Of a DNA stretch of 64,000 nucleotides, positions 55,401-64,000 are shown one piece after another. The stretch's first letter is position 1. Each line of letters starts with the position of its first letter. The translations under genes were made by a program, and so were the position numbers. The notes below the pieces were generated by a model. It worked only from the letters and a program-made list of their open reading frames with translations, was not told the origin of the DNA and did not search any database. The DNA comes from Candidatus Omnitrophota bacterium (GTDB taxonomy: Bacteria > Omnitrophota > Gorgyraeia > Zapsychrales > JANLHA01): assembly GCA_029560465.1 (NCBI GenBank), contig JAKQKX010000069.1, positions 77,021 through 141,020 of the forward strand. The letters are read 5' to 3'.

Positions 55401-56008
55401 TTGACCGGATTGATGAGTATATGCCGGGTGACGATATCCGCCATATCGATTGGAAGGCCACGGCCCGGTACGCAACCGCGATGCCCATGGTGAGGCGGTT
55501 CAGTAATCCTTACGGGGTGCGTGTGGCCCTCTGGCTCGATATGCGTTTTTTGGAGGAAGAGGAGGGGCGCCGGCGCTGGGCCTTGGACTTTGCGCGGTCT
55601 ATCAGAATGTTCCATTTATTTCGGTCGGAAACCATATGCGAGCAGCTCATCCTGGTCGGGTCCGGCGGCCACTTGGAAGAGATCCCTGTCTTTCTTTCCG
55701 CCGAGAAGGAATGTTTGTCCTTGGCGGTGAAAATATTCGAAACGATAAAACAGAAGTATGAGGAGACATGTTCCCGGCAGATGGCCTTGGACTTGGAGGG
55801 TTTGGTTTTTTACACGGAAGAGGAGAACCGGTTTTTTTTGCGGCAAGCCGGGTTATCGGATTTTCTTCGGGGCGGCGCGGCGCAGGAGATCCGCCGGACG
55901 CCTCTTCGCGAAAAAAAAATGAATATTTTCGTGGTCGGTGCTAAGATGAGTGAAAAAAATATGATCGAAACTCTTGCCGGAGAAAAGAATAAGGTCTTTT
56001 ACTGGTAA
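52427..56008 (+). CDS. Large membrane protein with internal HEXXH motif and C-terminal DUF58 domain
   Basis: Two TM segments flank a region containing YHEVGHVIDH; C-terminal EFDRIDEYMPGDDIRHIDWKATAR is the DUF58 signature; adjacent to MoxR. Confidence 0.75.
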   Translation: MPMPDSFFNTLKVLFQSFREPPIKHICSLEAAYQKTLGPFNPDTLSVLHTRRRAERAYKRLRSYIVSLQRHAPAGATQGQRILRAYLERIDAIHGDVRRWGALSCDLRWPEEGRLPGVKTKDRIAFRERLASEARELWDELRARVQGGTWPRPRERDIYLLKQRLGRMEVNDGAWRGVFQQLCLLVDRHVRFVFMDARYAMRHRFQITLAQESLLSDPGDFFVKSGKAGAGGAEGKKRLMLLEDWVHGYYPPWAHIQAVYQRCVSPVIKFLERCEGKRVRVIMAVGFLLVLVFGSGVFVLRQTDADNRMWRVMVFEIKKLIRSDPESLADQEKKKYFRDQIARIDEMYSPDQIRAHIEEFYGRELYRTQEGFLFFCRNILKGFFMLLAEWKADDQLKQDVVDAAFYLDGRIAGAVAHIIALYEQPMIREGELRGEILRMRRAFVSYNVFPFTFIILEDDVPYLFLFSETVIKKYVLAKEAFERMHLDGNLYSGAALWPGVAYIVEGEEYPFTDRSGYFEGEFAVIFRRFAPEVLWTVYHEVGHVIDHLRFLFERKPYPANVELHSMLAPVMWAEDRKAYVARRLADEAEKGDEFDNYSQAAKGLLNGMFIYLSEQNPRIRGPLISNRFEKERIRRIVELVGDMDPEALHEAAYAFYRQPQKYLSTAEPGRYVAYLQNYQEVIAGTDHKVAQRGFILGGGGWVGPRSGPRLIFDGADDNSLGNDFHLWLFLRNAVSLIFYPSQNLPQATSAESIVASVMVFVLFNLTALMIHALAAPYRKKMFSGYALERRVDRIYDHNPWSRGISYGAELRERKLLKKIFSPRGPLDPQIKKDILAFKSTAHERERVVFDICLFLAPLNPRQSAIINKAHDLLFFLPFLGPYLGRSPWLWPVQRRFHQRERYNERIEILLSGIGKEQLTVEMLPLALRGLLREFELPVSAAAGRGFLNVADMFIRLRSMVLESLLRESPVTHMNFDFIRDKMPENHETSVEFDRIDEYMPGDDIRHIDWKATARYATAMPMVRRFSNPYGVRVALWLDMRFLEEEEGRRRWALDFARSIRMFHLFRSETICEQLILVGSGGHLEEIPVFLSAEKECLSLAVKIFETIKQKYEETCSRQMALDLEGLVFYTEEENRFFLRQAGLSDFLRGGAAQEIRRTPLREKKMNIFVVGAKMSEKNMIETLAGEKNKVFYW

Positions 56009-56029
56009 TATTTAGGGAGAAGAGAGGAT

Positions 56030-57025
56030 ATGGACGATGTCATGATGAAGAAGCTCGAGGAGGAGATCAAGAACGCCTGTTTCACTCTGGAGGGGTTCTT
56101 TCGTGAAATTGAAAACGTGATGATTGGGCAGACGTATCTTATTGAACGGATTCTTTTGGGCCTGCTGGCCGGAGGGCATATCCTGATCGAAGGGTTGCCT
56201 GGGCTGGCGAAGACGCTGGCGGTTAAGACTTTCGCCATGGCGGTGCGGTTAAATTTCAGCCGGATTCAGTTTACGCCTGATATGCTTCCAGCCGACTTGA
56301 CCGGCTCTCCGGTCTATGACCAGCGTTCAGCGTCTTTTTATATCAAAAAGGGCCCTGTTTTTGCCAACATTGTGTTGGCGGACGAAATTAACCGCGCGCC
56401 GGCGAAAGTGCAAAGCGCTTTGCTGGAGGCGATGCAGGAGAAGCAGGTCACCATCGGGGATGCCTCATATGCCTTGGAAGAACCCTTCCTTGTTCTGGCG
56501 ACCCAGAACATGATCGAGCAGGACGGCACTTACGCTTTGCCGGAGTCGCAGTTGGACCGTTTTATGCTGAAAGTCAATATGACCTATCCGTCCCGTGAGG
56601 AAGAAGCCCTGATCCTTCAGCGGATGTCGTATACGGATGTGAAGTATGATGTGAAGCAGGTCCTTAATCCCGAGCATGTCCTGAAACTCCGCGCTTTGGT
56701 GGACAGGGTCCATATTGAGAAAAAAGTCGAGAATTATATCCTAGATATTGTTGAGGCGACCCGTCAGCCTGATAAATTCGGGCTTAATGATTTGGTGGAT
56801 TTGATTAAATATGGTGTTTCCCCTCGGGCGGGGATCCACCTTTCCGTGGCGGCGAGAGCGTATGCCTTGATACAGGGACGCGCGTATGTCCGGCCCCAGG
56901 ATATCCGGGTGCTGGCCCGGGACGTTTTGAGCCACCGGCTCATTGAGAGTTATCAGGCCCGGGGGCTTAACGTTACCGCCGAAGAACTGGTCGACCGGAT
57001 TGTTAACGGCGTGGAAATGCCTTAG
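56030..57025 (+). CDS. moxR: MoxR family AAA+ ATPase
   Basis: EGLPGLAKT, RIQFTPDMLPAD, LADEINRAPAKVQSALLEAMQE and LPESQLDRF. Confidence 0.95.
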   Translation: MDDVMMKKLEEEIKNACFTLEGFFREIENVMIGQTYLIERILLGLLAGGHILIEGLPGLAKTLAVKTFAMAVRLNFSRIQFTPDMLPADLTGSPVYDQRSASFYIKKGPVFANIVLADEINRAPAKVQSALLEAMQEKQVTIGDASYALEEPFLVLATQNMIEQDGTYALPESQLDRFMLKVNMTYPSREEEALILQRMSYTDVKYDVKQVLNPEHVLKLRALVDRVHIEKKVENYILDIVEATRQPDKFGLNDLVDLIKYGVSPRAGIHLSVAARAYALIQGRAYVRPQDIRVLARDVLSHRLIESYQARGLNVTAEELVDRIVNGVEMP

Positions 57026-57031
57026 GCCCTC

Positions 57032-58363
57032 ATGAAAACAGCCGTGAAAAAATGTTTTTCCCCGGAGCTATGTGTGGCCGATGCCGGCGGGCGGATTTTT
57101 AACGTCCCTTTTTTGTCCGCTGTGGGCATGAAGGCCGGATTTTACGACGTCCTGCGCCCGGCTCAACTGATCAAGATGCCCTTCGGCAGTCAGTTATTCA
57201 TGCTGCCGGGCCGCACGCCGGTCGGGTTTGCCTCTTCCGACAATCAGCTGGTTTCCCTGGACCGGAATCCTTTCTCCGTGTCCCCGGAGCCGTGTTTTGC
57301 GGTTGCCGCTTTTGTGGCCCCGGGATATACGTCAACATATAATGCCGCCTACACTGAAATTAACGGGGCGAGGATATTGCCTTTGTTTGCGTATACGGCG
57401 GTGGCCTTTTACAGGGGAGAATTTTATGTGGCCAGTACCCGTGTTGACCGGGAGCTGAGGCAGGATATCCGGTTTATGGATATGAACCGGATTAAGCGGA
57501 ATATAAAAATTTTTCGGAAACAATTCCCCACAAATAGGCTGGTCGCGCATCTGGAGTCCTGTGCTCTGGTGAACCAGTGCCCTGCGGCCAAGAATTTTTT
57601 CCTGCAGAGGTATGAAGGGCCGCTCCCGACCTCTCCGTCCTGTAACGCCAGGTGCGCCGGGTGTCTTTCCCTGCAGCCCGAGGGCGCCTGCCCGGCGACA
57701 CAGCCCCGCATCCGTTTTATCCCCACGCCGGAGGAGATCGCTGAAGTCGCGCTTTATCACCTCGCGGTGGTGGCAGACCCAGTCGTGAGTTTCGGCCAGG
57801 GCTGCGAAGGGGAGCCGCTTTTAGCCGGGAACGCCATCGAAAAAGCGGTGAAATTGATCCGGGCCAGGACCCGGAAAGGGATGATTAATATTAACACCAA
57901 TGCCAGCAAACCGGACGTGGTGGCGCGTCTTTGGGACGCGGGGATGGACAGTATCCGGGTGAGTCTAAACAGCCTTCAGCCTGATAGCTACCGGCGGTAT
58001 TACCGTCCCAAGGGATATACATTTTCTGACGTGATGAAGTCTATCCGGGTGGTGAAACAGAAGGGCGGGTTTGTTTCCGTGAATTATCTGTCTCTCCCGG
58101 GGTTTACCGATTCCCGTGCGGAAGTTGAGGCGTTCCGGAAATTTTTAGACGGAGGGCGCGTTGACATGATCCAGTGGCGAAACCTGAATTATGATCCGCG
58201 GGCGTATTTCCGTTTGCTGAAGTCCTGTCCGGATGTGAAGGACCTGCTGGGTATTAAGAATTTGATTGATCTGGTTAAGAGGGATTACCCGCGCGTCATG
58301 GCCGGGTATTTTAATCCGTCCCGCCGGAGAATCAGGCGATTCCGGCCGGAAAGTTTTAAATAA
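57032..58363 (+). CDS. Radical SAM protein of unknown function
   Basis: PTSPSCNARCAGCLS, SFGQGCEGEPL, NINTNAS and DMIQWRNLN. Confidence 0.9.
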   Translation: MKTAVKKCFSPELCVADAGGRIFNVPFLSAVGMKAGFYDVLRPAQLIKMPFGSQLFMLPGRTPVGFASSDNQLVSLDRNPFSVSPEPCFAVAAFVAPGYTSTYNAAYTEINGARILPLFAYTAVAFYRGEFYVASTRVDRELRQDIRFMDMNRIKRNIKIFRKQFPTNRLVAHLESCALVNQCPAAKNFFLQRYEGPLPTSPSCNARCAGCLSLQPEGACPATQPRIRFIPTPEEIAEVALYHLAVVADPVVSFGQGCEGEPLLAGNAIEKAVKLIRARTRKGMININTNASKPDVVARLWDAGMDSIRVSLNSLQPDSYRRYYRPKGYTFSDVMKSIRVVKQKGGFVSVNYLSLPGFTDSRAEVEAFRKFLDGGRVDMIQWRNLNYDPRAYFRLLKSCPDVKDLLGIKNLIDLVKRDYPRVMAGYFNPSRRRIRRFRPESFK

Positions 58364-58406
58364 TAAGCGGTGTTTCCGTTTGTCTGGGGCGCCGGCAAGG
58401 AGGGGG

Positions 58407-59480
58407 ATGGTGACGAGCCGTGTTTATTATGAAAAGGTGGATCAGGCCGATTCTTCTGAAGTTATTCAACAGAGATTTCGGCGGTTGCTTGATGCCAGCG
58501 GGATCCTTGTCCAGGTGAAGCCCCGAGACCAGGTCGTGATGAAGCTTCATTTCGGGGAAGCAGGGAACACGGGATTTATCAAGCCGGAATGGGTCCGGGT
58601 GATTTCCCAAAAGATCAAGGAGCGGCAGGCGGTTCCCGTGATGGCCGAAACCAACACGCTTTATCGCGGGCAGAGAACCAATTCTAAGGATCATCTGGCC
58701 TTGGCGGCCCGGCACGGGTTCACCCTGGAAAAGGCCGGGGCCGGCATCATTATCCCCGAAGACAGCCCGGACAATGTTATGGATGTTTCTGTTGAACAGC
58801 CGTACATTAAAGTAGCCAAAGTTATAAAATTGTTCTTGGAGGCGGATGTCCTGGTGTCTTTGGCCCATTTTAAGGGGCATTTGATGACGGGGTTTGGCGG
58901 GGCTTTAAAGAATATCGGCATGGGTTGCGCTTCCCGTGAAGGAAAACTCGCCCAGCATGGAGGGGTGGCGCCTTTTGTTGATGAGGGTCGGTGTGTTGGA
59001 TGCGGGGAATGCGCAGTGGTTTGCCCGGCGGACGCGATCGCCCTGGAGCAGAAGAGGGCTTTTATTGACGGTGAGCTTTGCATCGGTTGCGCCAGCTGTA
59101 TCGCCGCCTGTCCGCAGGAGGCGATTGACGTTCCTTGGGAGGCCGGGGGAGAAACCATTCAGGAAAAGATGGTGGAGTATGCTAAAGCGGTGCTTGATGC
59201 CCGGCAGGGGAAGACGGTCTTTGTTAATTTCGCAGTCAAAATCACAAAAGAATGTGATTGCCTGGCCAAAGATGATCCACGGATTTGTCCGGATATTGGT
59301 CTTTTCGCGTCTTTAGACCCGGTGAGCGTGGACAAGGCTTGTTATGATCAAGTGATGGCGGCCTCTGGGAGGGATGTTTTACGGGAAGCCCACCCGCACT
59401 GTGATGGGATGAAACAGCTGCTGTACGCTCAACGATTAGGGTTGGGGCGGATGGATTACACGTTGATCTTGGTTGAATAG
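58407..59480 (+). CDS. DUF362 domain protein with 2[4Fe-4S] ferredoxin insert
   Basis: KLHFGEAGN, HFKGH..TGFGGALKNIGMGC, CVGCGECAVVCP and CIGCASCIAACP. Start at ATG 58407 after AGGAGG. Confidence 0.92.
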   Translation: MVTSRVYYEKVDQADSSEVIQQRFRRLLDASGILVQVKPRDQVVMKLHFGEAGNTGFIKPEWVRVISQKIKERQAVPVMAETNTLYRGQRTNSKDHLALAARHGFTLEKAGAGIIIPEDSPDNVMDVSVEQPYIKVAKVIKLFLEADVLVSLAHFKGHLMTGFGGALKNIGMGCASREGKLAQHGGVAPFVDEGRCVGCGECAVVCPADAIALEQKRAFIDGELCIGCASCIAACPQEAIDVPWEAGGETIQEKMVEYAKAVLDARQGKTVFVNFAVKITKECDCLAKDDPRICPDIGLFASLDPVSVDKACYDQVMAASGRDVLREAHPHCDGMKQLLYAQRLGLGRMDYTLILVE

Positions 59481-59482
59481 AT

Positions 59483-59520
59483 AAAAAAACACGCCTCATA
59501 AGATTGAGGCGTGTTTTTTT
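59483..59520. terminator. Bidirectional rho-independent terminator
   Basis: AAAAAAACACGCCTCA-TAAGAT-TGAGGCGTGTTTTTTT between convergent genes. Confidence 0.9.
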
Positions 59521-59537
59521 GTTTAAAGAAAACGCGA

Positions 59538-59855
59538 TTAGTCGCCGTAAACGATGGTTGTGTACTCCCCGATGACGCCGAGGATGTTTTTCACGTTGTA
59601 ATCGACATATTTAATTTCGGTAATCCCGCCGTTCTTCGCCGCGGCTTCGATGCTGGCATCTCCGGTCGCGATCAAAGTGAGATAGGATTTCGCCGTGGCT
59701 TTCCCCACTTTTGAGTAATCAGCGTCTCCGTCGCCGACAAGCGTCGGGACAGATACTTCAGTGTAAAAAGTCCCAACTGGATAAAGCGTTGCGCATCCAG
59801 AAGCCACGATGCTGATTAAAAGAACAAGACCTAGTAATGTCGCTGTGCTTTTCAC
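59538..59855 (-). CDS. TRL-like family lipoprotein
   Basis: Lipobox VASGC; KVGKA.A.SYL.LIATGDASIEAAAKNGGIT.I..VDY....ILG. Confidence 0.85.
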   Translation of the reverse strand: MKSTATLLGLVLLISIVASGCATLYPVGTFYTEVSVPTLVGDGDADYSKVGKATAKSYLTLIATGDASIEAAAKNGGITEIKYVDYNVKNILGVIGEYTTIVYGD

Positions 59856-60182
59856 CCCCCACCCCCTTTGTTAATAATGTTTGATACTGCGTATTCTTAT
59901 TTTTGTAAAAAATATTATATCACAATAATCTTGGCGGGATAGCATGTTTTATAGAAAGATTTCTCCCGTTATGGGGCTTGATCAGGGTATCCGGCCGGAG
60001 ACGGGGATCTCTGCGGCGGCAGGCGGGGAGAAAAGAAGAGGGGAGAATTGAAAAAGAATGTTGTCGCGATATAATTTCTTGTAATAAAATAAATGCTGGT
60101 AAATACCAAGAGGCGGTTTTGATAATAAATTTTTTATTTGAATAAAAATTATAAACCACGGCTTCATGTGCTTTATTAAAAA

Positions 60183-61388
60183 ATGACGCGATTCCAGAAT
60201 TTTGTCCAGGCTTATAAAAGCCTCGCGGTCATCCTGCTCAATACTGTCTTATTGGCAGGGTTCCTTTATGCCGTGTTAAGCGGCGTGTTTTTGATCAGGA
60301 ACACTTTGTTAAGAAGGGCGCGCCCCGCGCCTGAAAATTACGTGTCCAAGACTTACGGCAAGATGCTAAAAAGTGTGTATCTCCACCTGAATGAGGAAGA
60401 GATGGACCGCCTTCTTGAGGAAAGCTGGACGCGGCCGTTCCAATACGAGCCTTTCACGCAATTCAAGGAAGGGCTTTTACAGGGGAAGTTTGTTAATGTC
60501 CGTCCGGAAGGGTTCCGCGTAACCCCGCCTCAAGGCCCTTGGCCCCCGGTCCCGGAGCATTATAATATTTTTCTGTTCGGAGGGTCCACGACTTTTAATT
60601 ATGGGCTTCCGGATTCGCAAACAATAGCGTCCGTTTTGCAGAATGACTTGCGGCGCCGGTATCCTGATCAGAACATCAACATTTATAATTTCGGCCGGGG
60701 CTATTATTATTCATCCCAGGAGTTGATCCTCTTTATGCGGCTTTTGGCTCAAGAGCGTGTTCCGGATATGGCGGTCTTCATTGATGGTTACAATGAGTTT
60801 GTTTTTTATCAGGATCAACCGTATTTTAGCGAAGATATTTCCAAATATTTCCAGCAGCGAGAACAGAGTTCCTTAAAAACGGTTTTAGAAAAACAGGGGG
60901 TTCAGGCTTTCAGGAAAATATTGCGGCAAAAGAGCCCTGTTAAGTCAAAGGCGCACCAGGAAAAGGAAAACACAGAGTATGAGAACATGGTGTATCAGCA
61001 TAAGGAAGAAATCTCTCATGTGGTCTTGAAACGGTATTTGGTGAATAAACGGCTTATTGAAGCCATGGCCCGTGATTTTCAAGTCACCCCGGTTTTTGTC
61101 TGGCAGCCGGTTGCGGCGTATCGGTACGATTTGAGCTCTTCTCCTTTTCCAATCCCTATTCTGGATGACGTGCTGATCCGTTACGGGTATTCCCGCATGG
61201 CGGAATTAAACCAGGACGGGGTGCCGGGTCCCAATTTTTTGTGGTGCGCGGATATCCAGGCTCAGGTCCAGGAACCGCTTTATGTGGACGCGTGTCATTA
61301 CAATGAAAAGAATTCCCGTAATCTCGCGGCCTGTATTATCCAGCATATCGTGGGGCAGGAATTGCTCCACAAGATTTCGGGACAATGA
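60183..61388 (+). CDS. Membrane-anchored SGNH/GDSL hydrolase-like protein
   Basis: FLFGGSTTF, YNFG..YY.SSQE, FIDGYNE and YVDACHY. Confidence 0.8.
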   Translation: MTRFQNFVQAYKSLAVILLNTVLLAGFLYAVLSGVFLIRNTLLRRARPAPENYVSKTYGKMLKSVYLHLNEEEMDRLLEESWTRPFQYEPFTQFKEGLLQGKFVNVRPEGFRVTPPQGPWPPVPEHYNIFLFGGSTTFNYGLPDSQTIASVLQNDLRRRYPDQNINIYNFGRGYYYSSQELILFMRLLAQERVPDMAVFIDGYNEFVFYQDQPYFSEDISKYFQQREQSSLKTVLEKQGVQAFRKILRQKSPVKSKAHQEKENTEYENMVYQHKEEISHVVLKRYLVNKRLIEAMARDFQVTPVFVWQPVAAYRYDLSSSPFPIPILDDVLIRYGYSRMAELNQDGVPGPNFLWCADIQAQVQEPLYVDACHYNEKNSRNLAACIIQHIVGQELLHKISGQ

Positions 61389-61453
61389 GTAAGGTATTTA
61401 TCTTTTAAAGAAATTTTAATTAAACATATTATGCTCCGTAAAGACACGTGGGG

Positions 61454-62977
61454 TTAATGGCGAGCTGGGCGGGAGAAAAGCCATACGACAGGCATGTCTG
61501 TGGAGTATCCATCGGTGAAAAACCAGGGTTTGATTATGGTTAATTCCTTTGTAAATCCTCCCTGGATCAGAACGTCGGCCATCCCTGTCCCCGGAGGGCC
61601 GTCGGGATCGAGATACGGTACCCTTTGCCAGCGGCTGTATTCCAGGATCAGGGGGCCCGGGTTTTCCGCAAGAAGATGATCCCATTCCGCCCGCGTCGCA
61701 GGTAATGGAACCAGGTGGCCTGATTCTTCTTTAAATTCAATTCCGCTGAAATACCGCAGGGCTCTTATGGAAGAACTGATCACTACGGTGTCTTCCTTTA
61801 TATTTTCAGCAATCCATGCGCCGGTTTCTCGGAGCCCGGTGAAAGCGTAAAGCTGCTTTTTAATGCTCGGGATCCGTCTTTCCGGGGGAGTGATGGTGAG
61901 CATAGCGCCGATCAGCAGAACCCAGCAGGCGGTTGCGATACTTTGGGCCCGGTGTCTACCCGGGATGAGCATTTTGACGGCCGTTTCGATCCCGATTCCC
62001 GATAAAAGAATGAAGCAGGGGATCACGGGCAGAAAATATCGGGGTACTTTTTCAGGGACAAAAGAGATAATCCCCAGCCAGATAAGCCAACCCAAAAGAA
62101 CACTCACAATTTCTTTCTTTTTCTTCATTAATCCTGCGAAGCCTAATAGCACCAAAGGCAGGAACGTATTCGGCAGCAGGATGAGATAGTTCCGGAGATA
62201 ACAGAAGGGATCTCTATGGATGAAATATTTCCCTGATAGAGCCGTAAGCGAGCTAAAGGGTTGTCCGGTAATCAGAATATTCCGTAAAAGGTAAAATGCG
62301 GAGACGAGGAGTGTCACAATGAGGGGGGTGACACTCTTCGGGAGCTCCTGCCAGCGTTTGTCTAAGGTGAGGCTGAGCGCGGTGACAGCCAGCCAGGGAA
62401 GGATCAGCATCGCGATAGGGATTTTAATTAATACGGCCGCGGAGCAGAAGACAGTTAAGAATACTGTGTTTTTCCATGACGGAGAGGCAGAGGTTTTTAT
62501 GAGGAAAAAGGCTATGTAGATGACACATACAGTCAGGAGGCCGTCTAAGAGTATTTTGGTCGTAATTGTGTAATAGATTGTGTTTGTCCCTAGCAGAATA
62601 GCGGCGTAGAGGCCAAGCGCGGGGGTGCTTATCAATGCGCCTAGTTGATAGATGGCCACTAAACCCAGCAACCCGGTGGACAGGCTGAATAGTTTATAGA
62701 AAAATAAGGGATAGGGGAAAAAATTCCCGAAACTGAGGAGGACGGGAAGAAGGCTGGGGTAAGAGAAGTTTTTAGAAAAAATGAAAAGAGGGTTTTCGAA
62801 TATTTTTTCCCCCTGCCACGCATACAAGGCTTCATCCGGCCAAAGGTTGTCGGTCATCAGATATTTCAGCTTGATCATCCCGAAATAGCAAAGAACGAAG
62901 AGGAAGCCTAGTTTATATATCCATTGTTGGGGAGAGATTGGTTTTTGGGGGACCATGGCTTTTCCTGTTTTCAGCAT
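61454..62977 (-). CDS. GT-C fold glycosyltransferase (ArnT/PMT-like, family 39/83)
   Basis: LWPDEALY acidic loop after TM1, many TM helices and PRYFLPVIP. Start may be the second Met (62956). Confidence 0.82.
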   Translation of the reverse strand: MLKTGKAMVPQKPISPQQWIYKLGFLFVLCYFGMIKLKYLMTDNLWPDEALYAWQGEKIFENPLFIFSKNFSYPSLLPVLLSFGNFFPYPLFFYKLFSLSTGLLGLVAIYQLGALISTPALGLYAAILLGTNTIYYTITTKILLDGLLTVCVIYIAFFLIKTSASPSWKNTVFLTVFCSAAVLIKIPIAMLILPWLAVTALSLTLDKRWQELPKSVTPLIVTLLVSAFYLLRNILITGQPFSSLTALSGKYFIHRDPFCYLRNYLILLPNTFLPLVLLGFAGLMKKKKEIVSVLLGWLIWLGIISFVPEKVPRYFLPVIPCFILLSGIGIETAVKMLIPGRHRAQSIATACWVLLIGAMLTITPPERRIPSIKKQLYAFTGLRETGAWIAENIKEDTVVISSSIRALRYFSGIEFKEESGHLVPLPATRAEWDHLLAENPGPLILEYSRWQRVPYLDPDGPPGTGMADVLIQGGFTKELTIIKPWFFTDGYSTDMPVVWLFSRPARH

Positions 62978-63105
62978 TATAACATAGAGTCATGGTTTTC
63001 TGGCCCCAATATCCCCCGATGCACGCCATAATATTTATATTTCTTAAAGCAGCGTTATGCTACAATCGATAAATAAATTATGCTTTTAAACCGGGGTGAG
63101 TCGTT

Positions 63106-63789
63106 ATGCGGGTGTTAATTATAGAAGATGAGAAAAAAGTGGCTGATTTTGTCAAAAGGGGGCTTAAAGAGAACAACTTCTCCGTTGATATTGCGCCTGA
63201 CGGAGAAGAAGGCTTGTTCTTAGCGGAAAGCGAGAATTACGATCTGATCATTTTGGATTTGATGCTTCCAAAAATAAGCGGGATTGATATCCTGCAGAAA
63301 ATTCGCAAAGAAGGGAAGGAGGTCCCTGTGATTTGCTTGACGGCTAAAGGGGACCTGAAAGATAAAATGGAGGGCTTTAACGCGGGGACGGATGATTATA
63401 TTGTCAAGCCCTTTATGTTCACGGAACTTCTGGCGAGGATCCGCGCTGTCCTCAAGCGGGCCAACCGGACGCCGGCTTCAACGGAGCTAAAATATGGTGA
63501 TTTGATTTTAGATCAGCGCACGAGGCGCGCCGAAAGGCGCGGCCGGGAGATCATTCTGACGGCCAAAGAATACAGTATCCTGGAATTGCTGATGATGAAC
63601 CCGGACCAGGTCGTGACCCGCACGATGATTATCGAGTCGGCGTGGGATTATAATTTTAACCTTATGTCAAACATCGTCGAGGTGCATATCAAGCGCCTGC
63701 GAGAGAAGATTGACGCTGATGAGCAGGAGAAATTGATCCACACGGTTTGGGGAATGGGATATATTCTTAAAAGACAGGCAGAGCCGTAG
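63106..63789 (+). CDS. OmpR-family response regulator (CusR/CzcR-like)
   Basis: LIIEDE, ILDLMLP, DDYIVKPF, LTAKEY and SNIVEVHIKRLREKID...IHTVWGMGY. Confidence 0.93.
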   Translation: MRVLIIEDEKKVADFVKRGLKENNFSVDIAPDGEEGLFLAESENYDLIILDLMLPKISGIDILQKIRKEGKEVPVICLTAKGDLKDKMEGFNAGTDDYIVKPFMFTELLARIRAVLKRANRTPASTELKYGDLILDQRTRRAERRGREIILTAKEYSILELLMMNPDQVVTRTMIIESAWDYNFNLMSNIVEVHIKRLREKIDADEQEKLIHTVWGMGYILKRQAEP

Positions 63790-64000
63790 ATGAGAAGCAA
63801 GTTTAACAGTTTTGGCTTGAGGATCACGCTGTGGTATGTGCTGCTCTTCCTTGTGTCCAGCGTCATTATTTCCTTATGCCTGTATCATCAGCTTAAATTC
63901 CAATTATATGAAGAGGTCGATCTCTTTTTAGCCGATGAGATGAATGAATTCAAACAATTCGTCTCGGAACACCATCAAAGCCTTTCCTTAATTGAGAGCC
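63790..64000 (+). CDS. Probable cognate sensor histidine kinase (CusS-like), 3'-truncated
   Basis: ATG immediately after the regulator stop; LRITLWYVLLF TM then LYEEVDLFL; frame open to the window end. Confidence 0.7.
   Translation, partial: MRSKFNSFGLRITLWYVLLFLVSSVIISLCLYHQLKFQLYEEVDLFLADEMNEFKQFVSEHHQSLSLIES

Overview
Bacterial chromosomal window of moderate GC content, densely coding, with about 55 credible CDS. I found no rRNA, tRNA, CRISPR array or transposase. The gene content (type IV pilus/T2SS genes, DUF748, MORN proteins, TMTC-like TPR glycosyltransferase, paralogous secreted proteins, rubrerythrin) suggests an anaerobic diderm, possibly Candidatus Omnitrophota; this is an inference and not proven. 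The best candidate for an undescribed system is a tight operon at 39667-45335. It encodes a 560-aa signal-peptide membrane protein ending in seven tandem Cys-His-x-Ala repeats ([34 protein letters not shown]), then a radical SAM/SPASM maturase with an N-terminal PqqD/RRE-like extension, a membrane protein, and a fused ABC ATPase-permease. This looks like RiPP-type chemistry aimed at the tail of a large membrane protein rather than a short precursor peptide. Other highlights: a riboswitch-like leader (promoter, multi-stem RNA, terminator) before a methyltransferase/ATP-grasp ligase fusion; a DNase I-like protein with four catalytic positions substituted; a duplicated ECF promoter motif; a terminator inside the csp leader; and a 1193-aa DUF58/HEXXH protein next to MoxR. 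Family assignments come from motif recognition by eye, with no database searches.
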